From assembly GCF_000315625.1 (NCBI RefSeq), contig NW_005434672.1, forward strand, positions 1 through 64,000: a stretch of 64,000 nucleotides of DNA, given 5' to 3'. Origin of the DNA: Guillardia theta CCMP2712. Taxonomy: Eukaryota > Protista > Cryptophyta. The notes below the pieces were generated by a model, which had not been told where the DNA came from, made no database searches, and was given only the letters and a program-made list of their open reading frames with translations. Position numbers and translations under genes: made by a program. Below are positions 26,001 to 37,765 of this stretch, in pieces (position 1 is the first letter of the stretch; every line of letters starts with the position of its first letter).

Positions 26001-26291
26001 TTATTATGATACCTGAACTTGTTGAACTCATTTGTTGCACTCTTGTAGTTGTCATTGTTTGTTTCAACATCTCTGCTGTTTTCCTGACTTGTCGAACTTT
26101 CAGACACGATTGTCTTTGCTGCTTCTTTCTCTACCGAGTTGATCAGTAGACCTTTCCGCTTCATCTTGTCTCTCTCTCATCGCGGACTCACTGTTCTTGC
26201 CCCACCCTTGCCGCAGCAGGAGAGGAGCAGGGGGAACAACGTGAGAGGAACAGAGCGAAAGAGCCTGCGATCTGTCAGTGCATCGAGGAGG

Positions 26292-26327
<36 letters not shown>

Positions 26328-26963
26328 CATATGGTGCAGCAAGAGAATGAAAAAGGAGCGAAGGAGGATGTGGCGGAACAAAAGGTGGAGAGAAAAGTTC
26401 GTTTCGAGGTGGACGGGCTGGCTGTGGAGGAGGGGCAGAAGGTTGGCATCGTTGGTGACCTGCCGGGTATGGGGAACTGGAATCCTTGCCAGGTAAGGGG
26501 GAGGAGGAAGGGGAGGAGGGGGGGGGGGAGGAGGAGGGCAGCAGAAGCAAGAGGAGTAGGAGGAGACGAGGTTTCAGTTGACGATGAGGAGAGAAATTTC
26601 ATTCTTCTGACATTGGAGGAGGCGGCCATCATGCAGCCGGCATACAACGTAAGGGAAAAGAAGCGCGTGTGGTCGGTATGAGATCCTACATTCCTCTTCA
26701 TTCTTCCTCCTCCTATCGCTCTTGTTCTCATCTCACTCTTCCTCTATCCTCCTTCTTCCCTCCCCCTTACCCGTATGACGTGGCTTCAGATAACGCTCTC
26801 TGTCCCCGCGGACTCGACGGTGAGCTACAAGTATGTGGTGCTTCCAAGAGAAGAAGAGGAGAGGAAGACGAAGACTCTCTGGGAAACTGGGCAAAATCGC
26901 ATCTTCTCTCCTGATAGCCATGATGTTGTCTGTGAGATTTTTAATCAACACTCCGTCCCTTGA
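23015..26963 (+). CDS. Starch-binding protein with two CBM20 domains and a signal peptide (multi-exon)
   Basis: VEFEV..VRICGSHAMIGSW..LEYKYVI..VEWE..NR (23160-23640) and VRFEV..VGIVGDLPGMGNW..VSYKYVV..WETGQNR (26390-26940); MRGLLLLVLVSCTHC signal peptide; linking exons only partly resolved. Confidence 0.8.
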
Positions 26964-27008
26964 ACCCCTGGGCCTCCTCCTCTCCTTCCCGCTCCCTACT
27001 ACCTCTCG

Positions 27009-28139
27009 CTATCCTTCCAACTTCCGGTCCTCCTTGGATGTCCCAATTGTCGCATGCTCGTGCTCTTCTCTGCTAGCTGTCTCGTCCCCCATGGCGCCCG
27101 AACTCACAAGCTCTGCCTGTTGCTGCACGAGCTTCAGAAACGTCTCACGAACACTGCGACAAGTACAAGCAGAAAAATCATAGCAGCAGCACCAGCACCA
27201 CCAGCAGTACAACCAGCACCACCAGCAGCAGCAGTAGCACCACCAGCAGCAGCAGCAGCAGCAGCAGCAGTAGCCGCAGCAGCAGCAGCAGCAGCAGTAG
27301 CCGCAGGAGAAGCAAATTTACCTTCAGCCACAGCGCAAGATCGTTTTCAGAATGAACTCGAGTTTGATTCCTCTTGGAAGATGCTTTCTTGCCAACTGAT
27401 ATTCCGTCAGATCCTCGCTCCTCCTCAACTCTCCTCCATACTCTCTCCTCGTCACTCCTCCCTCCTACTCCCTCTCACATCTCCTCCTCTTCTCCCCTCC
27501 TCTCTTCCCTTCCTCTTCCTCCTCCCTCCCTGACCTGCCATAGCAGATGGAAGAGGAAACAGTCGATCCTTCTCCTGCTCTTCCCCTGCCTTATCCACCT
27601 GCTCCTCAATGCTAAGATTCTGAGACTTGAAGGATAACAAGAGGCGGGACAAGGAGAAAGGCAGGTGGAGAGATGGGGAACGGGAGAGAGTAGGGGAAGG
27701 AGGAAGGAGGAAAGGGGAACAGAAAAGAGGGGAAGGATAGAGGAGCGAGAAAGGGAAGGGGAGAGGAAGAGGGGGAGGATGGAAAGAGAAGCGGGAGGAG
27801 AATGGAGAGAGCAGTGGGAAAGGAGAGAGGGGAGAGGTAAGGGAGAAGAAAGGAGAGAGGAGAGAGGAGCGAGAAAGGCAGAAGAGAGGAGAGAGGAGCG
27901 AGGAGCGAGGAGCGAGAAAGGGAGGAGAGAGGAGAGCAGGAGTCATTAGGTTCACCATCTCTCGCTTCTTAGTCTCCTCGGGAAGCTCAAACTTCCTTCG
28001 CGCGGCGTCTGCTTCCAACTCCGCCTGTAGGAGATAAGAAGGAGAAACAGAGTCGGGAGGAAGGTGACGAAGAGGAGGACATCAAAAACATGGCTCAGGA
28101 TCGACAGCAGGAGCCAGACGAAATCAGGAGCGGGAGCAA

Positions 28140-28179
<40 letters not shown>

Positions 28180-29371
28180 CAGCAGCAGCAGCGAACCTGT
28201 TGAGCTGCGAGCTCCTTCACCACCGCTTGGGCCTCGAAGTCGAAGGCATCAAGAGCTCCACCTGACCCTCGTGAGCCCTGAAGACCCAGAAGTCAAAAAT
28301 TCCTCATCCCCTTCGGTTCTCCCCTAGTACACTCCTTCCAGCCTCCCCTTCCTGCCTCCTCCTCCTGCCTTGTCTCTCCTCCGGCTCCTCCTGCCCCTGC
28401 TCCTTCCGCTCCCACTCCTTCACTCTGTCCTGCCACTTCATTCAGACCTGGGATGACGTGCGGATACGGGCATGTCCTGACGACACTCGGCTCCTTTCGC
28501 CATCGGATGAGTTGGCGGAGAGGAGGAGAGGAAAGGAGTAGGAGTGGCGCTTCCCCGCGATAATGAGCATGAACTTGTTGAAGGCGGTGTTAAGCTCCTC
28601 CAGCCGCTTCTGCTGCTTCATCACCGAAGGCATTCCCTTGGGCGTGAAACATTCCTGTAGGAGCAGATGAGAAGAAAAGAGGTGGGGGGGAGGGGGGGCT
28701 GAACGAGGAGGAGGGGAGAGAGGGGAGGAGACAACAAAACTACAATGCAAGGATGAGAAAGCAGCAGGATCGAAGGATGGAGGAGGAGAGCGGGAGGGGA
28801 GTGGGAAGAGAATGAAAGAGTGAGAATGGGAGGAAGGGAAGCGAGGGGGTATGCGAGGGAGGGGAGGGGAGGGAGGAAGAAGCAGAAGGAGGGGAGGGAA
28901 GTGACCTCGATACTGTCTCGCTGAGCTATGGCGTCGCAGAGTAGTTTGGACAAGAGCTTCATGTCCCACTTGCAGTTGGAGCAGAGACGCGAGGCGAGGG
29001 CAACGCTGCTGCTGAAAGCTGGGTCGGACTCATTCTTGTTGCGCAGAAGCTGCAGAGTCTTGTTCCTCTGGTCTTACAGTCAGTTGAGGGAAGAGGGAGG
29101 GGAGGAGGGAGGAGAGGAGGAGGTGAGCAGCCACACGGAGAGGGGAGGAGTAGCTGAGCACGAGTTGATGGCCAGGAGGACAGAAAGAGGAGATGGACAG
29201 GAGGAGAGGAGATGGACAGGAGAAGATGGAGAGGAGGGGGGCATTAGTAGAGACTGAAAGCACCTGTTCAAGCTTGCTGAGCTTCTCCGACACAGACCTT
29301 GGAACCTCGGCCATGGCCTGCACGATGCTTACAATAAGATCGAGCAGCAGGAGCAGCAGGAAAGCAGAAGG

Positions 29372-29413
<42 letters not shown>

Positions 29414-32400
29414 CAGAAAAAGGGTAACCTCTCTGCCAGTTGAGAGCTGACAGAAGTGAACATCTTCTTTGTTGTCGTCCTTGTCAGTTCGCAGGAGCAG
29501 CGCTTCCTTCACCGAGGTCTTCTCTTCTTCCTTCTCAAGAACGTGAACATTCCCACGAAACTGTACAGCCGCCTGCCCGATGTCAAGTTTCGGCGGCCTG
29601 CGATGATCCAAAGCTCGCTTGCTTGTCTCCTGCTCCCCCACTCCCCTCTGCTCATCTCCTTCCAAAAACTTTTCCCCTTCCTTCACAGTCGGGGTCGTCT
29701 GCCATTTCAAGTTCAACGCAAGCAGTACTCGAATTGCATCCTTCTCCTCCCTCTTTTGCTTGTTTCCCGCCTGCCCATCCTCCCCCTAACCTCCTTCCCT
29801 CCCTCTATTTCACTCTCAGCTACTCCATCTCTCCCTTCCTCACCTTCTTCGATGGTGTTCCTTCTGTCGTGAGCATGGACCAAACAGGAGCAACGTATTG
29901 GAAGTCGGAAAAAATATCTTGTTTGCTCCCTGCCCCTCGTCATTTCGCTCCCCCCCACTTCTTCCTCTACCTCCACTGGCATCCTCGTCACTCCGCAGGT
30001 AGTCCATCACTTCCGACTGGTCTCATCAAATCAGAGCACCACCACCACCACCACCACCAGGAATAAAAAGAAAGGGAACAAGAATAAGGGCAAGAAGGGG
30101 AAGGAGAGTAGACGACAAGAGGGAAAGCAGCAACAAAGTTGATTTTTCGTGTGCGAACACAAGGCAGGAGGTACCGTAAAGTTTGAGGAAAAATTACTGA
30201 TGTCGTAGATATCACGGACCCGAGGCTTGAAAGGAGGATCCTCCTGTCTTCCGGTCATCTCCCTTTCCATATCACATCACGCTGCTCAGCTTGGACCCAC
30301 TCCCTCCTCTCAATCTCCTCATCCAACCCGAACTGCTTTCACCCAACTGCTTCGCGCATTCTCTCTCCCTACTCCCCTCCCAAAATTTCCTCTTTCTGTC
30401 ACAATCCCCTCCTCCTCTCCCTCCCTCCCTCCCCTCCCTCTCTCTCCTCTCCTGCCTACTCCCTCACTCCTCTCCTCGCTCCATCTTCCTTGGTTTTCAC
30501 CTCCATGCTCAGCAGTCGCTGCCATCTGACAGGCTTCAGCCATTCGACGTCCTTCCACTTCATTGCGATCCGGGTCGCCTCGTCTCCCTGATGTAGACTA
30601 TCAGTCACTTCATAGGTCAACCAGCAGGTTGCTACCGCATTGATGTCTTTGTCCAGCTGTCCTATGCCAAGTCTTTTGCTACTATCAACATGCAGCTGAA
30701 ACAAACATCAATCTTCAGCTCTCCAACCCCCCCCCCCCCACACACACACACACACACCTCCTCCTCCACACCCCCCTCCCCCCATCTTTCATCCTCTTCC
30801 CTCCCTCCATCTATCCATCCATCCATCCCTCCTCTCACCAGGCCCCTTATCATGCTCTTCGCCTCCCTCGAGATATTCTCGGGGAACTCGAGCGGTTTGG
30901 TCAGCAGCGCCTCATAAGCTTTCTTTGTGTTCTCCTGGTAAAAGGGCGGCAGCCCCACCAGCATCTCGTAGACGAGGATCCCCAACGACCACCAGTCTGC
31001 CTCCTTCCCGTGCCCCTTGTTCAGCAGGATCTCTGGTGCCATGTAGTAGGGCGACCCGACCATGCTGAATGCACGATCGTTCCTGCTGTGCTCATCCTTG
31101 CTGTGTCCGAAGTCAGTGAGGCGGATGTGGCCCTTGTCGTCGAGCAGGATGTTCTCAGGCTTCAGGTCTCGGTAGATGATGCTCATCTCATGAAGATACT
31201 CCAGCGCCAGGATTATCTCAGCAGCATAGAAGCGAGCGCGAGGCTCCGAGAAGACTTTCTCCCGTGCGATGTAGGAGAACAGCTCCCCCCCGTTGATGAA
31301 GTCCATCACAAGGCACAGCCTGTCGGCTGTCTGGAATGCGTAATGAAGCTTGACGATGAAAGGATGGTTCACAACTTCAAGTACCCGCCTCTCAGCCTTG
31401 GTGGACTGAACGAGCCAACGTTTGTAGACCGACTTGTCGACGTTTATGATTCCTCGCAGGTTCTCGCGCTCCTGAAGCTCTCGCTCAAACTCGGCTCGGT
31501 TCCTCTCCTTGCTCTTGAGGGAATCTTTCGTGATGATCTTCATCGCATAAATCTTTCCGGTATCAACCTTTCTCACCTGCACGAGAGATACGCATGTCAG
31601 AGTGAAAAACAACATGTCAGAATAAACGGGTTCGAGACCTGCAGGACTTTTCCATAGGCTCCTTTCCCGACGATGCTCAAGCACTCAAAGTCGGAGATGG
31701 CAACTCCTTCTTCTCCAACCCCAAGGAAGCCCTCGATTCTCTTCACCCATTCTAGGAGCTACACGATTCATCGTATAAGCCCTTTGGACCAAAGCAGAAG
31801 CACAAGAACGAGGACAATGGAAACATTACCACTGGTCGACTTGGTGCCTCTAAAAAGTATTCCCTTCTCTGAGGATGGAAAATACCTGTTCCGCAACAGT
31901 TCCAAGTCAAGCACCACACATGTGCGCAGCTATCACAGCACGGCAATGCGGAATCATTTATGACGACACAGATGTTAGTCATTCACACAAAGATCATCAC
32001 CAATCGTGTTCAGTCTCCTTGTATGCTGGGAGGGCAGGTGAGAAGGCAACTGAATTCAACGGCATTCTAATTCACCTGCTCCGCTGTAGCTAGAGAACAC
32101 TCAGCGAGCTCGATAACTCCCTTGGGCCTGACAAACACACAAAACTGTCAATAAACGACGATCCCAGGATAAGTGGCTACCGCCTCTTGTTGATGAAGTC
32201 TTTCTCATCTGCCCAGTAAACCAAGAGACCCTCGTAAAGAACAAAATATCGCTGTAGCACAACTAAGAATGGACAATCACGATTCCAATGAGACGCACTT
32301 GCTGCCATCGCTTCATGATTCTGATAGCAACACTCAAAATCAGATTTCAGACATTCAAACAAGTTTACAACAACCTGTTCTTGCCAAGTTTGGACAAATA

Positions 32401-33350
32401 TCCCCTGTCACCAAATGCAGTAAGCAGATCTACACAAGAACAAAAGATAGCAAATTCTGACTTAAAGAGAGCTGGACGATCTCGCGGAAACTCGTTGGAA
32501 TGCGACCCTCCAGACGCGCTGGTTAACTGCTCGAGAGAATTTTCAAGGAGTTGGTTAAATTTGGCTCCGAGTAGAAACGCGAAAACTGAGAACGATGGAG
32601 GGTGGAGAGAGGAAGAGTTTGTGGGAGGAGGGGAGCACGATGCTAGGAGAAAGGAGAGAGCATCTACCTTGGGCGAGGACATCATCTTGGTTAGCGGACT
32701 TGTAGTTTGTGTTCCCTGTCATATTCAAACGCTTACATCACACAAAACAATCTTCGTCGCTCCCAACCTCCTCCTGACTTCTCCTCCCTTCATTTGATCT
32801 GCGGTTCCTCGGGTCGAACCCTCCCCATCCTGGCATCGGAGGTAAGTCCCAAAGAAATAGATCTGAGTTTCGTCCTTACCAACGTGGAAGTCCATGCTGT
32901 CCCGCTAGTTGCAGCAAGCACTCCTACATTGGTAGACGTCAGAGAGGTGTCAAAGTACTTCAGACTGTGCAGTATCCATGCAAGCTGACCCCCTGACAAA
33001 GGATCCATCATAGCACACTGATTCAGTAGCCACACAAACAATCAATACCAAAGATCTGGACAGGTACAAAAGCCAATACATGCGATTCCGGTGTTTTGCA
33101 TACCAAACGTCATTGTTGAATTTTCTCCCTTGGCCAGAAAAACAAAAATTGCACTAATACAGGTTTGAATACATTCTATCATCCACAATTTGTTTGCCAT
33201 TTATCCAGGATTCTCTTCATGACAATATTTCTGTCCGTCTCCTACATCTATATTCTTCGATCCTTGTTTTGGTGTTTGAATATCCTTCCTTGTTGATCTA
33301 CCCGCTGGCTTCCACATCTTTTCAACTGGCATTTGTTCTCGTGCTTTCAG
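27009..33350 (-). CDS. PH-domain AGC kinase (PKB/Akt/S6K-like) with long C-terminal extension; 5' start approximate
   Basis: PH exons RYFVLYEGLLVYW and PKGVIELAEC; GKGAYGKV, YAMK, YRDLKPEN, DFG, GSPYYMAPE; AGC tail PPFKPRV..DISNF and hydrophobic motif FSDFQY; frame continues by splicing into coiled-coil exons. Confidence 0.85.
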
Positions 33351-33484
33351 CATGATCAAAACTTCTCATCTCCTGATCTCTTCATCCACTCGTCGCCTAT
33401 CACCACATCTTCGGTCCTTCGCAACTGCACCATCGCTTTCTTCAAGCTCAGCAGATCGAGAACAAATCCGTTCATCCCCCTCAT

Positions 33485-34029
33485 ACCCGGCCCATACCAA
33501 GTTCCGAACTGCGCCGGGCCCGGGCCCGGGTCACCCGCTCCGAGTCGGACTGATGATCGGATGATCGGAGTTCAGCCGCGCGGCCGGGCCGGGCTGAACC
33601 AAACCCTGGTCAAGTTGATTGAAAGTGCCGACTACCGCACAGTGCCGGCGGTTCAGTGACGGTCAGACTGGTCGGACTCCCGCCGGATCGTCGAGCCCGG
33701 CCGACGGTCGTCACTGAGGCTGCCCGGGCTGGCGCGGCCGCAAGTTGGGCGCCCGCGGCCCCCGCCGGGCCGCCGCGAAGCGAACGGAAACTACGGTACT
33801 CACTGCGGCTTCGGGAGCCTGAACGGTCCCGGCGCCCGCGGCGGCGCCTCCGAGGCGGCCCGGGGGCGGCCGCCGCCGCCGGCCGGGGGGCCCGGCCGCA
33901 CCCGGCGGCCCGGACCGGGACTGCCAGGGGAGGCTCAGTGAGTCAGTGACTCAGCGCCCTGCGGGGGCTGCCGCACTGCGGCCTGCGGCGCGGAAAGCGG
34001 CCGCAGGGTGAACCGGGGGCCGCCCTCTG
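33485..34029. repeat. GC-rich palindromic-word island 3
   Basis: Same composition; abuts the left TIR of element copy 1. Confidence 0.75.
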
Positions 34030-35331
34030 CATTCCATGGCATTTACTAATGCCCAATTATAAATTAATATCCTTTTAACAAACACTTGTACCTGTTAATT
34101 TGATCATAAGCATACAGTTTTTAGTCAATTTTGTACCAGGATGATTTGTACCACTCAGTACTCTTTTATATTTGTTTTAAGCATTTGAGTTCCGGCTTAC
34201 ACGCCTCTTGGCTGCTCTCTACCCTGTGTACCGGTATGTTTGTCTGATGTGGAGGGGGTAGGGTTATTCGTATATTTCGATACACGCTCATGAAATCTTA
34301 TTAGTGTCAGCCATTGACGAGTGTAGTAAATCCAGCCAATAAGTATTTTTGTTTTCAAATCAAGGAGTCGTATGCCAGCTAGCAACGGCAATCTTTTTTT
34401 TCTACACCGGTTGTTTTATATGGATACCTACCCTATGTCTATAGGGTGCCACCGAAACACAGGTCCCCTTGCCCCCGATCAAAGAGCAAATAATTTTCAT
34501 TAAAAATCCTGAGATCTCCATTGCAAGTATCCCTCCCCTCCTCCTTCCATGCTCTTCTCCCTCCCTCCCTCCCCCCTGCTCCCCTCCCTTCCTCCCTGCT
34601 CCCTCCCTCCCCCCTGGTCCCCTCTCTCCCCGTTGCTTCCCTTTCCCTTGCGCTCCAGTTATAGACACCAACAAATGAATCTTCACCGTCGTGTATCAGC
34701 AACAAATGGAATTCAGAGAAGGCGAAGGCAGGAAGATTTCGATACATTCTTGGAGCAGGAAGAGACTTGTGATGAGTCAAAGACACCTCAAGATTTGAAG
34801 CTTCGAATGATCCTGCATACGTCAGTTGATGATCGAGACTTGCCCAGGATGAACTGGAAAAAGCCAAGCAGTAATNNNNNNNNNNNNNNNNNNNNNNNNN
34901 NNNNNNNNNNNNNNNNNNNNNNNNNNNNNNNNNNNNNNNNNNNNNNNNNNNNNNNNNNNNNNNNNNNNNNNNNNNTTATTCTTGAGCCTGGCACAGGGGT
35001 TCAATATCAGTGTGAAGATCACAGGGGCGTTGAAGTGAATCGACTGGGCATGATCAAATCGCTGCACTCAGATGCACAGGTTGTCGAAGTGTACATCATG
35101 TACAATGGAGTCCTCTTGGAACATGTAGACGAAACCATTATAACTAATCGAGTGCCCTGTGTGGCCCTGAAAAGAATTTTGAACAAGGTTGGAAACCGTG
35201 ATTGTTATCAATCAATTTACAAGGATACGGATGAAATGAATGCTATACCAAAAATGTGTTTCTTCAGCTTTCCTTGCATGTTGGAGCATGCCAACGATGA
35301 TCTCCACGATAATTTCAGAGTGCATGGGTAT
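34030..35331 (+). mobile_element. TIR element copy 1 (left part only, interrupted by N gaps); ORF starts at 34675
   Basis: Near-identical to 37766-38971, starting exactly at CATTCCATGGCATTTACTAATGC. Confidence 0.85.
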
Positions 35332-35431
35332 NNNNNNNNNNNNNNNNNNNNNNNNNNNNNNNNNNNNNNNNNNNNNNNNNNNNNNNNNNNNNNNNNNNNN
35401 NNNNNNNNNNNNNNNNNNNNNNNNNNNNNNN
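34876..35431. other. Two ~100-N assembly gaps (34876-34975, 35332-35431)
   Basis: N runs; comparison with copy 2 suggests the first gap replaces only ~7 bp (ttgaata). Confidence 0.95.
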
Positions 35432-37504
35432 GTTCGTTGCCGTCTAGGAGGATCAGAGTGGGAAAGAAACCTCGGATGACGCCATGAAAGCCTGTTTTGT
35501 CTGCAAGGCTGTCAGCAACGGGGTAGGAGGAAGGAGCAGCCAACGTGAACAGAGAGCTACTCAAGGAAGACGGCGACGGGAGGGGAGAAGTTCAAGAGGG
35601 AGGCCAGGAAGGAGGAGGAGTGAGCGAAGTTAGAGAAGGAGTAGGAGGAACAGGAGTAGGTAACGCAGGAGGATGAGCAGGAACGGCTAAGGGCTCACCC
35701 GCTCCCTCAGTCTTGATGAAGGGATTTCCCTCCAGTCGGAGTTCTCTCAGTTGCAGACCCTTGGCAGGCGGTGAGGAGGATGGAGATCGGCCGTGACCTC
35801 TCACCTGCAACGACTGCAACTCCTCCGAGCTCTCCAGGAAGTTGTTGGCAAGGCTGGAGAGAGAGCAGCTCTGTCAGGAGAGGAGAAGGAGAGGAGGGGA
35901 GACGAGCCAAGATGAAGGCAAGACGGTGAAGGGGAGGAGGTGAAGGAAGGGATGGAGGAGTCAAAGGGAGTGGATGGAATGAAGATTGTTTCACCTGAGG
36001 TTGCGAATGGACGGACAGAGAGTCGACAAAGTGGAGAATGTCTGCTGGTGACGTCAGAGTTTTTCTTGTGCTGTGAAATTCGTTGTGTAAAGAAAAGGAG
36101 GAGGAGGAGGAGGAGGAGCAGCAGCAGCAGCGGAAGAAGGAGGACAGTGGCATTCCTGCAAGCTCTGGAGACTGTTATTGTCTAGACTCAAGGTTTCCAA
36201 CTGCTGGAAGTTCTCTTGAATGACGTGCTGTCGGAAGAAGCCAAGTCACGTGAGGGGAGGAACAAGTCAGAGGACAACCATGATGGTGTTGACGAACTTG
36301 AAGTTAGTCCATTCTACTCTCAAGCTTGCTGTTTGGAGAAGACATGTCACGTTTCTGTCCCCGCCTCCTCCTCGCCTACTAGCCTCACCTGTCTGTTCGC
36401 TCGCTTGCCATCGACCTGCTAGGTTTTCACATAGCAGCATCTTCGCCTCGGCCTGCAGTCCACGAGCCGTCAGAAGAAGAGGAGGAGTGGGATGAGCATG
36501 AGGAGGAGGAGGAGGAGGAGGAGGAGGAGGAGGAGGAGGAGGGAGGGGGGGGGGCGATGACCCGAAAGAGGGGAAGAAGGCCTTGATGGATCTGCTGCTT
36601 CAAGTGATCCGGGAGAACAGGACCTCCCACCTTGCCGCCATGGGTCAGACATCAGCCTCTCCACCAGCACAGCACAGGTTACCTGAGTGCCCGTGCTCGC
36701 TTCGTTGCAGGTGATCTCGAGCTTCTGTCCTCGGAATCGGATACCTGACAGCCTCAGTATGCTCTTTGCTGCCTCGAAGTCGTTCATCTTCATCGTGTAG
36801 CTATCCCTACACCGGGATCAAAGGACGCAGGTTCGGTCTTCAACAGGACGTACCGTCGGAAGGAGCTTCCCGCCTCGATCTCGAAAGGAACTTCAGACTT
36901 GTTCTTGAGGAACTCCTCCAGGTCTCCTTGATTCGTCGCCGGGTCGAATCCTCCGACTTGGAAGGTGTACGGCCCCTGCCTCGGCAGCATCGGCCTTCCC
37001 CTTCCCCTTCCCCGCCCCCCCCCCCGCCTATCAGCAACTTGAGCTCTTGAGAGCAGAGCCACACATGACATCAGCACCTGTATGGGGCAAACCCCGAAGC
37101 ATGGTGTCCTCCTCCTCCTCCTCCTCCTTCGTCTTCGTACATCATGGAATCGTGACCTCCACGCCCTCCATGGAAGCCTCCGCCTCCTCGTCCTCGTCCT
37201 CTATAACCCCCGGCTGTGCCATAAGAAATGTCAGACGGGAGGAAGTGAATCAAATGAGGTGTGAACTTCTGGGTCCCCTCATGATCCGGCCACACAACAA
37301 GCACAACTATCTCCACAACTCTCCCCGGCCCCTGGGCCTCAAACTTGCGATCCTCTCCCAGGGGCTAACTCTCATCAAGTTCATCTCCAAACACGCACAG
37401 CATCTCAGTCGGACATCCTCTTTGACATGTCTGCATGCCAGTCACTTACGTCCTCGCATGTCCATCTCCCTCCCGCCGTATCCGCCGCGTCCCCGTGCTG
37501 CCAT
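35432..37504 (-). CDS. NXF1: Nuclear mRNA export factor NXF1/TAP/Mex67-like; 3' part lost in the assembly gap
   Basis: RGG-rich N-terminus (MAARGRGGYGG), RRM-like exon (AAKSILRLSGIRFRGQKLEI), LRRs (LETLSLDNNSL, LRELRLEGNPF) and LRR cap IRGFFPTLILLDG. Confidence 0.75.
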
Positions 37505-37765
37505 CGTGCCTTGCCTGTCTTCCCTCGCTTACCCCTCATCCCCCTCATTCCCTTTCACTCATCCCCCTCATTCCCCCTCTAAATCACTGAGTCCCGGCTG
37601 GAGTCCCGGCAGCTGAGTCCGGTGACCGGCACGGCGGGCCGCCAGGCTCTGCGCCCGCCTTACTGGAATAATAAACAAATTCATGTATTTGAAATTCAAG
37701 GGGCTTTTGCTATGAGTACAGTACGGTTTCGGACTACTGACCGTGTCATGGACGGCGGTGACAGA

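Noticed and set aside
34030-35331. Element copy 1 as a pure assembly duplicate of copy 2
   Set aside because: Different left flank and clustered sequence differences at ~34405-34550
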